Positions 23,848-36,480 of a stretch of 64,000 bases of DNA are shown piece by piece. Location of the stretch: NCBI RefSeq assembly GCF_006345805.1, contig NC_043001.1, positions 68,262,001-68,326,000 of the forward strand. Direction: 5' to 3'. A model generated the notes under the pieces. The model ran no database searches. It was not told where the DNA came from and was given only the letters and a program-made list of their open reading frames with translations. The translations under genes were made by a program, and so were the position numbers. Each line of letters opens with the position of its first letter. The stretch's first letter is position 1. Source of the stretch: Octopus sinensis (taxonomy: Eukaryota).

Positions 23848-24894
23848 CAGTGGTTCTCAACCATTTTTTGGCTGTGGACCCCTTTGATTTGTATTTTACT
23901 CAGTAGGGCATAACTCTCATAGCCATTCGATTTTAAATTTTTTATAATTAAATGTTTTTAGGAATTGTGTAAAAAAATGTTTAAATGTTTTGTGTATTGC
24001 AGAAATATAACCAGTTTATTCCTTACTAGCAGCATAGCCCGGCGTTGCCCGGGTATGTAAGAGCCCCTAGTAGGCAACGACTAATCCCAATCTAGTCCTT
24101 TCCCTCTAGGGAACGAAGGCGCATGTGTAGGTTGCAATGTCTTCTCTTCACTCCCAAATAACTATCAAAATCGATAATTCAACCCAACCAATTCCTACCA
24201 GGAAGAAATTACATTCGAGACTTTACCCCCAACACCACCACTTCTGCTAATAGCTGCTGCAGCCGCAAGTTATTCGAATACTTTTTTTGTTTACACTTTC
24301 TTTATAACTACCACCTCAAACGTTTTACCTTAAATTTTTGACGTACCCTAAGGGTCCTCGGACGCTACTTGCAAACTCTTGGTTTATTATAAACCGCTTT
24401 TGTCGTGTGCACCAAAAAACCTTTTCCATTCGTTTGTTCAGTTTGGTCACTTTTGACTTTTTCGTTGTTGTCACTCACATTGCTGCCCGCTTTTTTGCCG
24501 TTTTTGTACATTGTTATACATTTTGGGATACTTACCCCACGTGTTCCGAGAGTTAAAAAGGTCGAGTTGCGTCCCCTAGACATTCTGTAGAAAATGTGTT
24601 GCATATAAAAAGCTTAGATTCTCGACCCATGTCGAATTTATCGATTTTTTTTCAGAACTGGGGGAACTTTTCAAAATTTTCGCTGCGTTAGTTTTGAATT
24701 ATGACATTGGGCTATGTGTGTGTCAAGTTTCATCAGAATCGGTTGAAAGCCGTGGTCAGGGTGAGGGTACAACCTGACAGACACACAGACACACAAACAG
24801 ACAAACTGCCGTTTATATATAGAGAGATGAATTTTAGCAAGAAAATATCATTTGGTTACCGAAGGGCCATATGGACCTTGGTTGAGAACCATTG
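23848..24894. mobile_element. hAT-type MITE interrupted by a Helitron
   Basis: TIRs cagtggttctcaacc / ggttgagaaccattg; flanks atttagac / atttatct (degenerate 8-bp TSD). Confidence 0.75.
24026..24827 (-). mobile_element. Non-autonomous Helitron, second family
   Basis: Minus strand A|TC...cccgggcaacgccggg-ctatgctg-CTAG|T, with a (gaca)n tract near the 5' end. Confidence 0.85.
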
Positions 24895-25579
24895 ATTTAT
24901 CTACTGATGAAAAGACTACCCAATCCTTCTTTACTCGAACTGCACACGCTGGAGTTACACCTCTGACATTTTGTAAATGTAATGAACATGTTTGTTTTAA
25001 TTTATAATTAACTGCATGAACCCTACAAAACTAACAGATTCCAAATATGTATGGAACTTTCGTCGGTTTCGGCGAAGAGTATTCATTGGTTCGGTCAATT
25101 GAATTACCTCCCCATTGAATTAACTTTTTAGTGGCTGTATTTCCCGAAGACATGTGCCCTAAGGTAGTTTTCAGGCAGCAGAATCAGTTGACACTGTGAT
25201 AAGGCTGAACCTTTGAATGATATAGACAACCTAGCCAACGAGCTTCTCTACAGTTTCCTGGTGTTGCTGTTGTTGCTCTAATACAGCATTCCAGCCATGA
25301 CCATCACAATTTTTCCCAATCAATAAACAATCCAAAATCACATCATCCGAAATGATTGTAAGACAGCCTCGAGTGATTTGAGGGAAATTTCACTGTTATT
25401 TCTAACTATGTACACTCTTCCTCGTTGTTTTGCGTTGTTGCAGTGGTAACTGTTTGTGTTTTATCGTTGTTGTTTTTGTTGTATAGACTTAATCTTTGTG
25501 TGTGATTACTGTTTTACAAATTCCAAAATTTGTTACGCTCAACAGGTAAGAAAAGAAAGTCACGACTCTTTACCAATAT

Positions 25580-25700
25580 CACTACCGCCACCGCCACCAC
25601 CACAGCCATCACCACCACCACCACCACCACCACCACACCACCACCACCACCGCCGCCGCCGACGCCTCCGCGACCGCCACCGCTGTTCCTGCCGCTACCG
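25580..25700. repeat. GC-rich (ACC)n/(GCC)n low-complexity tract
   Basis: Direct inspection. Confidence 0.9.
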
Positions 25701-25761
25701 TCAACATTGTCGGCACACACCTGACCACAATGGCCGGCACCATTCCAAAAATAAATATATT

Positions 25762-25780
25762 TGACGTCATTGTGACGTCA
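25762..25780. promoter_or_regulatory. Tandem full CRE palindromes (TGACGTCA twice, 3-nt spacer)
   Basis: tgacgtca-ttg-tgacgtca, with a third TGACGTCA at 26301-26308. Motif match only; function unproven. Confidence 0.35.
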
Positions 25781-25848
25781 GCCTCGCGATGAGGTAGAGA
25801 GGGAAAGCAAAAGAGAATACGACCAAAACAAACACGTACACACACACA

Positions 25849-25886
<38 letters not shown>

Positions 25887-27189
25887 ATATACCACAAAGT
25901 TAAATAAATCAGTGTATGTAGGTATATACACATGTGTATGCATGGTTTTAGGTATTTATATAAATGTCTGTATGTGTGTGTTAATGTGCCTGTGTGCGAA
26001 AAAGATTGCATATACAAATACAAACATAAATACAAGTACGTAAATAATGATACGTGCGTACAGACGGTCGCACATACACGCACACAAACACACACACACA
26101 CTCACACACACACACGCGCACACACCTGTTTGCTTACTGTGTATATATGTATGTATCTATATATATATGTATATATACGCACACATGTATGCGCGTGTAT
26201 GTGTCTGTTTTGTGTGTGTGTGTGTGTGTGTATGTGTGCGTGTTTGTAACTTCATTAGCGGAGACGGTGGAAATTCTTAGTGTATTTACCTTTTGCATAT
26301 TGACGTCAGACTAATAATGATGATGATGATGAAGTGGGGGACAAATATAACAATGATATTAATACTTTTTATGAAGTCATATAAATAAATGTTACCCCAA
26401 ATAATTTTTGAATAAATTAATGAGAAATTAAATAATATCGATGTGAGAACAATGATACCGAAATTTTGATAAGATTATATCCAGAGGGATTCTTCAACCA
26501 CTTTTGTGCGATTATAATGTGGCTAAGGACCGAGGTCAGTTGAAGTCCGTTCAGTTTCTTAGAGTACTTCTCATCGCATTTCTTTCTCTTCCTACCCCTT
26601 TCTCACACCGCTCATCTTTTCACTATTGCCGTCATCTCGTTGCTACTGCATTCATTAAATCCTCTTTTCTATCAAATCAGCCAGAATTAGTTGAAATGCT
26701 GTTGTAGAGTTTCATTTCGGAAAACCATTTTGGCGGGAACTACAATCAGATTTATATTGTCTTGGCTTGCTTTGTGACACAGAAACAAAGTTAGAAGCGT
26801 TTTTTTATTATCTCCTGTGTCATTCTTGATCGAAGATATGTCCTTAATAGAGATAAATTTTTTTAGGCATAGTAGGAATCACCCTTTAAGGTAAACACTG
26901 GTATGTTAAAGGTACTTACGGCACTCTGTCTCCAAATGCATGAATCAATGGCTCATTAGACAGTGAAGCAGCTTTGTTGGTGTTTCGGCCCCTTTCACTG
27001 CAACGTCAAAGTGCCTGGGGTCACATACCATTGTAAGCGACTAAACTTCCGCATAAGAGCACCAGTTTTGCTGAGTCAGATATTGCGACTCTAGGTTAGA
27101 TGTTCCTTTGTGGTTAATTCAGAATTTGTACGTACGGGTTTTTTCTTTTCTGTAATTTATTAAAACAAAAGTAGGGTTTAAAACATTAC

Positions 27190-27640
27190 AGTATTTTGCA
27201 ACATAATCATCCTTGCTTTTCCATACATTTCTTCCAGCGGTCCATAGGCTTGCTTATTCTATCAGAGAAGGTTTTCAGCTGGTTGCGCAGCCAATTACGC
27301 ACCGCTTCATGCGCTTCTTCGTCCGCAGCACATCGACGACCACATAAAGGATGCCTGAGCAGTCCAAAGAGGTAGCAGTTTTAAGGGGCGAAATCTGGAT
27401 TGTATGCAATGTGTTCCAGCAACTCGAAATCCAATTTTTTTAATGACTTCAAAGGTGTGGGCGGTCGTGTGTGGGCGGTTGTGTGTAGGCGACCGTATGT
27501 GGGCGTGCATTTCGTGCGACAATAGCACGTTTCGACAGTAGGCCTCGGCGTTTGGTGCGAATTGCTGTTCTCCGTTTGTTGACCAGTATTTCACTGCAAC
27601 CAACACGGTTGACTGTAGAACTCTTTTCCAGAAGATCATC
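27190..27640 (-). mobile_element. Mariner C-terminal fragment
   Basis: KLDFELLEHIAYNPDFAP*NCYLFG...EAVRNWLRNQ...DRWKKCMEKQG.DYVAK*. Confidence 0.8.
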
Positions 27641-28503
27641 TTTAGAAGTATGTCTCTAAACTTAAACCTAACTTGTAACACACCTGATCAAATTGTTTCT
27701 CGATAGAAATTATCATCGAATTTACGACCTTAAAATCTACCTCTCCCTCCCCTCCCTCTTTCTTTCTCTCTCCCTAATGCTAATGCTCTCGAGCCTCTCG
27801 CTTAAGTCTTAACACAAAATAACCTGTCATTGCCTTTTGCATAATGTTATCATAAATGATATCAAATGAAAGAAAAATAGGGTTGTAATCATGGAAAAGA
27901 TAGGGTTGTAAGATCATATTATGTGAGGGTAGTATGGTCTTATGGGAATTGGAATATTTAGAAAGTTCAAAACACAAAAAATGGAAAAGCGGTGATGTGT
28001 AGAGAAGCAAAGTGGGGGCGCAATGGCCTACATTAGGGTGTTGCACTGACTGGGAGTGCGTAGAATTCTTGAGCAAAGAATTTCATCTCACGTTGCACTG
28101 CGAACACTTCGGCAACTGAGGTTTGGTATGCGGTACACCTGTTCAGACTACGTCGATTTCATGTAGCCAGTGAAAAAATCTGCAACACAAACATTTGATC
28201 ACAATAAACAAATCATACGTGTAGGCTTTCATGACTACGAGAGACTGTGTGAGTGTGTGTATATATCTATATACACATATACATATGTATGTATATATAT
28301 GTATGTGGAAGTGTGCTTATGTATGTATATATATGTATATATATATATATATATACAAAGAGCAATAAAGATTCAAGTTAATTTAAATGAATTTACTTGA
28401 ATATGGTACCTAACTTAGATGCACCAAAAAAAACTATACTGATTTAACAATACAGTAATGCGGGGTGATTATAAGCGAGAAAGAAGCAACAAGAATGGAT
28501 AGG

Positions 28504-28593
28504 TTTTAGTACGATCGTTTATACAAGGACAGGTTTTATTAAAAGTTGCAAAGATTACAGCATATAAACGAGTCCCGTACTCATCAGCTAAAA
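28504..28593 (-). ncRNA. Mirror copy of the hammerhead, lacking the G of GAAA
   Basis: Reverse complement reads ttttag-CTGATGA-gtacgggac...gtccttgtat-AAA-cgatcg-ta-ctaaaa. Confidence 0.55.
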
Positions 28594-29298
28594 TACATGT
28601 AAGTTCTCTAGACATCCTAGTGTTTGAGGCTATACTCATGAAGTAATGTAGATAATTAAGTAACATAAACAGATTTCAAAAGTTCATTAAAGTTCTTTAA
28701 AGATGATGCACAGTCTTATCACAGAATTTTAAGAAAGTTTTGATAGCATCACAGAGAAGGTGACCTAATCCATAGTGCACATATGAATTTCCAGAGATAT
28801 GATGATGGATTATATACTCACAGAAGGCAAATTTATCCATTGTTAATTACAACGAGGTGGGTCCAATTCCTGCTTATTAGCATACAGAGAGGGTGAATTA
28901 TCCTTTGTATAGATGCAAAAATTCCAATGGTGTAGATGTAAATTTCTCTGGAAATTTACATCTACACCATTGGATTTGTGCATCTATACAAGGATTAATT
29001 CACCTCTCTGTAATGCTAATAAGCAGGAATTGAGACCCACCTCGTTGTAATTAACAATGGATAAATTTGCCTTCTGTGAGTATATAATCCATCATCTATC
29101 TTGGAAATTCATATGTGCACTATGGATTAGGTCACCTTCTCTGTGATGCTATCAAAACTTTCTTAAAATTCTGTGATAAGACTGTACATCATCTTAAAGA
29201 ACTTTAATGAACTTTTGAAATCTGTTTATGTTACTAATTATCTACATTACTTCATGAGTATAGCCTCAAACACTAGGATGTCTAAGAACTTACATGTA

Positions 29299-29388
29299 TT
29301 TTAGCTGATGAGTACGGGACTCGTTTATATGCTGTAATCTTTGCAACTTTTAATAAAACCTTCCTTGTATGAAACGATCGTACTAAAA
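29299..29388 (+). ncRNA. Type I hammerhead ribozyme motif
   Basis: Stem I TTTTAG/CTAAAA; core CTGATGA; stem II GTACGGGA...TTCCTTGTAT with a long loop; GAAA; palindromic stem III ACGATCGT; cleavage triplet GUA (29380-29382). Confidence 0.75.
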
Positions 29389-29417
29389 ACCTATCCATTC
29401 TTGTTGCTTCTTTCTCG

Positions 29418-29470
<53 letters not shown>

Positions 29471-29504
29471 TATATATATTATATATATATATATATTATA
29501 TATT

Positions 29505-29700
29505 CAAAATGTGACCGCGTGTGTACCTTTGTCTTCCCTTCTCTGGATCTTTCCTTCTCCTATGTTTCCGACGAAGAGCTCCGCTCGAAACGTTAGACCC
29601 TCCTTCTTTCCTGAGCGTCCAATAATACTATATTTGTTCCACGTCCTCGCGTTGTTTTTTTTTTTGTACTTTCTTGTTTGGATTAACTTTATATTTATAT
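29505..29700 (+). mobile_element. Penelope-like terminal (pLTR) fragment with minimal hammerhead-like motif
   Basis: gttt-CCGACGA-a-gagc-tcc-gctc-GAAA-cgtta-gac at 29564-29598; tail ccacgtcctcgcgttg is shared with 43882. Confidence 0.6.
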
Positions 29701-29723
29701 ATATATATAATATCTATATATAT

Positions 29724-29755
<32 letters not shown>

Positions 29756-30182
29756 ATATATATATATTATATATATATATAATATACGTATATGTGGTGT
29801 GTATGTAAGTGCGCGTCTATTACCTTTGCTCTCACGCAATTTATTTCTGCAACCAAGTTTTGCTTCCTTATCTATGAACATCAAAGATTTATATTTTCTA
29901 AACGTGTCTAACAGTTTATTTGTCCGTGTGTGTATATATATATATGTATATATGTGTATATATGTGTATATATATAATGTATGTATGTGTATATATATAT
30001 AAATATATATGTATGTATGCATATATACGTATTATATATACATATATACATACACTCGCACATGCGCTTATATGTATATATTCAGGCATGTGTATTGCAT
30101 ATAATATATATATATATATATATATGCATACATACATACAGACACACACACACACACACACACACAAGCACACACACATACA

Positions 30183-30384
30183 TATTGGTTTCAAATTTTC
30201 GCACAAGACCCACAATTTCGAGGGAAGTGTTAGTCGATTAAATTGACCCCTGTGTTCAACTGATACGTATTTTATCGATCCCAAAATGATGTCAACCTCA
30301 GCCGCATTTGAACTCAGAACGTGAAGGACAAATGCACCTAAGCATTTTGCCCTGTGTGCTAACGATTCAGCCAGCTCGTCGCCT
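30183..30384 (-). mobile_element. SINE family B
   Basis: Reverse complement: ggcgacgagctggctgaatcgttagc...ttctgagttcaaatgcggc. Confidence 0.8.
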
Positions 30385-32034
30385 TTGTGTATATATATAT
30401 ATATATGACAGAGGTTTGGATTTTACAAACTTTGTGTGTACGCACACACACACACGCATACGCACGCGCACACATACATGCACACGCGCACACACATGCA
30501 CACAAGTGTGTGTGTCTGTATGAGAACAAGAAAACTTACGCCGTAACTTAGAATGAAGCAACAACAGAAATGAACAAGTTAGACTATTAAGGACAGAACG
30601 CTCTCGTATATTTGCTCCATTAAATTACTTTTAAGGACCATAAATCTAATCCCTTTTCCAACCCTGAATTCAGGTTGATTAACTCTTCTAAAAGTGAGGT
30701 AATTTTAGGGTGTAGGCGTTCACTCAATGCCATTAGTCTTGATATAAGAAGGGTTTGTAAAGAGATTAATCCAATAAAATTGCTTTGTAGCCATAAGCAA
30801 CTGGTTCTGTGGTATCAAGGACAAGGCAGCTTGAAACCTTACCGAATTCAATTTCGTACAGTTTTATCTCTCTATAGCTAAACCACCATCTTCGAGTTCT
30901 ATTGTATTATAACTATTAACATAAATTTTACAATAATTATGTCAAACAAGAATCCACTCTTGTGAAGTTACGATTCCTGACTTTTCTTTCGGTATCTTAA
31001 TCGGCAGTTAAAACAGAACTGAGGCCGCAGATCTCGCTGGATTATCTATTATCTTTTATGTTTTAGTCATTTGGCTACCACAAAGGGTACGTCGAACGAA
31101 TCACCCTAGAACTTATTTTTAAGCGTAGCACTTATTCCATTGATCTCTGTTGCCTACCCACAAAGCTAAGAGGACAACCTGGTGTTGCACAAATACTATA
31201 CCAATTCAAATACACACATACGCACATACACGCCCGCATACATATATCTATCTTTACTCATAATTTCTGTCTACCTTAAGAAACGCACACCCTCTTAATT
31301 TACATTAGAGCTTTGGAAACTTAAACGTAATCTCCATCAAAAACATAACAAAATATAGCCATAGGAATTGTAACCATACTATCTGCAATCAGAAATACTG
31401 TAGTAAGCATCAATAAAAGTATTTCTAATCTATTTTCAAAGTAATATCCTTGATAGCGTCGTGACTCATTACAATGGGGTGTTAGTAAGTATAGGCTTTA
31501 TCTATAAATAAATGTATATGAATGATCTCTCACTTGAAGAAATGAATCAAAAAGAAAAAAAAAATAATAACCTCATATAACACTCCATTCACCCTAGATG
31601 TCACCATAATCTTTCATTCGATCTTGATGTAACCATAAATTTAGTTAGGAAGTCCTTATCCCTAATTTAACATTTCCCGAACACAAACTTATCATACATT
31701 ATTTAATACGCTAAATGTTAACATAATCTACTCTTAGCCCGACAATATACCATCCAGTTTCGAACACTACAATAGAAAGAAAGACACACGTGCAAGCAAC
31801 TGTCTTATATAAAAACAACTCCCCACGAAAAAGAAAATTTCTCTGAGATAGCCGTCCGTTAGGCGATTTTCAGTCCACAAGACCCTCAGACATAGAATAT
31901 TGTCGACAGTCACAAATTTAAAATATGATTTAAACAGCCTATGACAACAATACTTACTTATCATCCGATGACAATATATCTCATCTAAATGCTGCAATAG
32001 CCTTGTTACTCAGTACGATTAGAAATATTTTCTC

Positions 32035-32450
32035 ACAAGGCACAGGTGTGGATGTGCGGTAAGAAGCTTGCTTCCCAACCACTTGGTTCCAGGTTCAGTC
32101 CTACTGCGTAGCACCTTGGGCAAGTGTCTTTTACTATAGCCTGGGGCCGACCAAAGCACAGTGAGTGGATTTGGTAGACGGAAACTGAAAGAAGCCTGTC
32201 GTATTAATATATATATATATATATATATATTTGTGTGTTTGCGTCTGTGTTTGCCTCTCCACAATCGCTCGTCAACCGATGTTGGTGTGTTTACATCCCT
32301 GTAACTTAGTGGCTCGGCAAAAGGGTTCAATAGAATAAATACCAGGCTTACAAAGAATAAGTCCAGGTGTCGATTTGTTCGACTAAAAGGCGGCGCTCCA
32401 GCCACAGTTAAAATACCAAGTCAAAATGACTGAAACAAGTAAAAGAGTGA
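32035..32450 (+). mobile_element. SINE family A, full, with internal TA microsatellite
   Basis: tRNA-like head ggtaagaagcttgcttcccaacc...ggttcagtcc, ccttgggcaagtgtctt core, tail gactgaaacaagtaaaagag. Confidence 0.9.
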
Positions 32451-32485
32451 AGTATTGCGATCCTGAGTAAAAATAATATATACAA

Positions 32486-33308
32486 AATATACAAAATGGG
32501 TTATAAAGAGCATGGGGAGAGATACACCTCTCGTAAGGGAAGACTACGTTGAAACTCTCTTATAAGGTACTTAATTGATATACACCGACGCTTTGTAAAC
32601 TGATGGAGAAGCAAATGGATTCACATTCCAAACAGCATTAAAAGGACGGAATATTGGTTTCAAATTTTGGCACAAGACCAGCAATTTCCGGGAAGGGGAT
32701 AAGTTGATTATGTCGACCTATTGAGCTCAACTCGACCCCGAAAGGATGAAAGGGAAAGTCGACCTTGGAGGCGTTTGAACTCAGAATATAAAGACGGAAG
32801 AAATGCCACCAAGGATAGAATATTAGGGCGAATTTTCGGTGGATGTTACAGGGTATTATATATTCCAGCGATCCACAAGACTTGGCCTCTCACTTGTCCA
32901 CTATAACCTAAAAGCTCCTAATGGAAGGTTTTCTAATCGCCTGTGGCGAGAGCGCGTGGCTATGTGGTAAGAGGTTTGTTTCCCAAACCCATTGTTCCAG
33001 GTTCAATGTCGGGCAGGTGTTTTCTGATATAGTCTCAGGTCAATCAAAGCGTTTTCAGTAGATAGGTGAATTTCGCGAAGGGAAACGGAAAGAAACCCAC
33101 CATATATATATATATACACACACACATATATGTATACATACATATATGTATGTGTGTGTGTATATATATGTGAATCCATTTGCTTCTCGATTAGTTTACA
33201 AAGCGTCGGTGTATATCAATTAAGTACCTTATAAGAGAGTTTCAACGTAGTCTTCCCTTACGTGAGGTGCCTCTCTCCCCATGCTCTTTATAACCCATTT
33301 TGTATATT
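32486..33308. repeat. Inverted repeat, 141-bp arms (32486-32626, 33168-33308) around SINE fragments
   Basis: Arms are reverse complements with about 5 substitutions and 1 indel. The spacer holds SINE B (minus, 32653-32812) and a SINE A head (32945-33100). Confidence 0.9.
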
Positions 33309-34007
33309 ACCTTAGTGTCTTTTGTCGTCTTTTTTTTCTCGAAAATATTTGCCAAACTCCTTCGTCGAACATATGAATATATGTATACATATGAATATAT
33401 ATAATATATATATATATATATATACATATGTATATATGTATATAAATTTATATACATATGTATATATACATATGTATATATGTATGTATGTGTACATGTG
33501 CGTGTGTGTGTGCGTGTGCATGTGTGTGTGTGTGTATGTTCGTCTCGTACCGTCGTTTGGCACCCGTTGTTTATCTAAATTCTCGTAACTTATCGGCTAT
33601 CGGTTCAGCCAAATTAACTGACAGACTACTAAATAAATAAATAGGTACTAGGGTTGATACGTTCAGCTAAATCTTTTAAGGTGGTAATCCAGCATGGCTG
33701 CAGTCCAATGACTGAAACAAGTAAACTATAAAAAATAATTCGGCGAGGAGTAGAAAGCAGTTAAATCAAGAACGTGCTTTCACAGCCATGTGTAGGTGGT
33801 TGACCTCTTAAACCTGAACAGTGTTTTAATTAATGTTTTATTGTATTCTTTTATTTTTCATGCATTTATTAGATTTAAAAAAAAAATTTTAAACTAACTC
33901 AGCTTCGTTTTTATATAAACTCTTTGACCCACATGTATTTGCAAGTCTTCTCTTTTACGCACACTTCGAGGCCTTGTAGCTCAAAAAAAGATCATGATAG
34001 TCGACAT

Positions 34008-34081
<74 letters not shown>

Positions 34082-34082
34082 T
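34008..34082. repeat. (TAC)n microsatellite
   Basis: About 24 perfect units. Confidence 0.95.
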
Positions 34083-34752
34083 TAGGTGGCGAGCTGGCAG
34101 AATCGTTAGCACGCCGAGCGAAATGCTTAGCTGTATTTCGTCTGACGATACGTTCTGAGTTCAAATTCCGTCGAGGTCGACTTTGCCTTTCATCCTTTCG
34201 GGGGTCGATTAAATACGTACCAGTTACGCACTGGGGTCGACATAATCGACTTAATCCGTTTGTCTGTCCTTGTTTGTCCTCTCTGTGTTTAGCCCCTTGT
34301 GGGTAGTAAAGAAATAGGCATTTCGTCTGCCGTTACGTTCTGAGTTCAAATTCCGCCGAGGTCGACTTTGCCTTTCATCCTTTCGGGGTCGATAAATTAA
34401 GTATCAGTGAAACACCGGGTTCGACTAGTCCCCTCCCCAAAAATTTCAGGCCTTGTGACTTTAGCAGAAAGGATTATTATTATCATATAGCTCTTACATG
34501 CTAATTTAATTAGCAGGAATATTATATAGAAGTTTGGTGACAAGTCTTTTCAGAATCGTTAGCACGCCGGGCAAAATGCTTAGCGGCATTTCGTCTGTCT
34601 TTACGATCTATGCTCAAATTCCGCCGGGGTCGACTTTGACTTTCATCCTTACAAGGTAGGTAAAATAAGTACCAGTTGAGCACTTGGGTCGATGTAATCG
34701 ACTAGTCCCCACCCCACAATATTTCTGGCATTGTGCCTTTAGTAGAAAGGAT
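34082..34752 (+). mobile_element. Cluster of three SINE B copies (34082-34318 full, 34319-34470 partial in tandem, 34545-34752)
   Basis: The ttctgagttcaaattccg...gtcgactttgcctttcatcc body occurs three times. Confidence 0.85.
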
Positions 34753-34769
34753 TATTATTATTATGGTTG

Positions 34770-34850
34770 TTGTTGCTGTTGTTGTTGTTGTTATTGTTAT
34801 TATTATTGTTATTATTCTTATTCTTATTATCATTATTATTATTATTATTA

Positions 34851-34899
<49 letters not shown>

Positions 34900-35294
34900 G
34901 TTATTGACATACAACGAGTCAGACCTGTTTTGTATTTCGCTGCCTCTTGAGTGTTTTCCATTTCTGTTGATTACATTTTCTGATTAATACTTGAAGAGCA
35001 CGGCCAGATTTCAAAGAAATATCTTGTTTATTTTTCAACTTTTTATTTAACAGCCAGACATTTGCAGATTTTTATTGTAAACACCCTTACATCTGTAGCA
35101 GCAGCATCTGAAGCAGTAGCTGAAGCAGTAGTTGGAGGAAATTCCGATTATGGTTGTAGTAACCATGATATTGAAGAAGATGATACATCCTCTCCAATAG
35201 AATGAATTTGGAGATTTGAAAGCCAAACGATTCAATATATAGAGAAACATGAGAATATTAGAAATAATTAAAAATAGTAACAACAACAACGTTG

Positions 35295-35384
<90 letters not shown>

Positions 35385-35385
35385 A
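34770..35385. repeat. (GTT)n/(TTA)n and (CAT)n trinucleotide arrays
   Basis: 34770-34905 and 35295-35385. Confidence 0.9.
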
Positions 35386-35929
35386 ACCGTCATTGTTTCC
35401 CGTTATATACGCACCAACATGAGATAGTTGCCTCCTTGGTATTTGATCTTTGGCAAGAGCATTCAGAAAACTATGCCAAGATCTGTCCTTGCTGTGATGT
35501 CTCTCCATCTCCGAGGTTAGCGACCTCTGCCCCTCTTCCTCTCAATTATGCCTTCCAAACAGATCTTACTGAGCAACAAATCAGTCGCTAATTGTGGCGA
35601 AGTAGTTTGAGTACATTATTTTAGATAACAGAGATGATTAGAAGGAATTTAGTTATTTGTCTTAAGTCTTCAATTGCTAACACAAAACTCATGGTCTGTG
35701 AGTTTAGTGTTAGCAATAATTCGTATTAAATGATTCTGAATAATCGTGTAATGCGACTAAACTCGCAATAATTCAAAAGCCTCCGTGAAGACTGTCACTG
35801 GCATCTCCAAATCTGTCAATTTCTTAAAAAGGGTAAAGCAAAATGTACATTCAGCCATGACAGTATAGTAATCGCCGCAATACTTTCTAAAACGGAAGAT
35901 GAATGTTCATCTGGATTCTATATCGGCGG

Positions 35930-36480
35930 ACGCCCCTCTCCAGTCTTAGCGGCGACACTGATGATATTTCTGCCATAAACTAATTCTGCCAGGACTTACA
36001 ATGTTTTGTTGACTCTCTTGCTAAGCATGTAGAAGCAAGGCTTTCCATCAATGTACTAACAACAAAATGCATGACAACAGATAAATCTAATCCAGTCGAC
36101 CTTACAATATGTAGCAAGCCAGTAAACAAGTTTCTGAAGTTATCTACCTCAGACACAAACCATTTTCGAAAAACGATTGCATGATAGCTGCGAAGCATAG
36201 AATCAGATTTGGCTGGACAGCTTTTGATAAGAACAAATTCGCTGATCTACCAATTGGAGATAACGCATTTACTGAAAAACATTATCAAAGAGATTGGAGA
36301 CAGCCTGGATATTCAGAGAGAGAGACGACAATGAAAAGGAAAGAAAAGAGCAATCAACTGCGGAGGTGATACTACAGCATATACTGAGGTGTCAGGGCTG
36401 GGACCGAGTAACAAACGAAAGACCTACCTATTACAATTTTATCGTTTATGTTTCATCTATTATTTGCTTCACGCTGAGGT
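35930..36480 (+). mobile_element. RTE-like LINE RT fragment, degenerate
   Basis: GDTDDI...VEARLSINVLTTKCM...AKHRIRFGWTAFDK follows the YADD...GL.IN..KTK.M...RI..GW.AF pattern. Confidence 0.55.

Larger units (their letters stand above)
28470..29423. repeat. Giant palindrome, arms of about 475 bp, 4-nt spacer
   Basis: Centre ggtgtagatgtaaatttc-tctg-gaaatttacatctacacc. Arms align end to end; differences are mostly 1-nt indels. Confidence 0.95.

Noticed and set aside
32530-32570. acgta...tacgt-tgaaac as a possible hammerhead in the 32486/33308 arms
   Set aside because: No CUGANGA core upstream in either arm
35054-35194. Plus-strand terminal-exon candidate after a strong pyrimidine tract (RHLQIFIVNTLTSVAAASEAV...)
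   Set aside because: Largely gca/gta low complexity between microsatellites, with no partner exon identified
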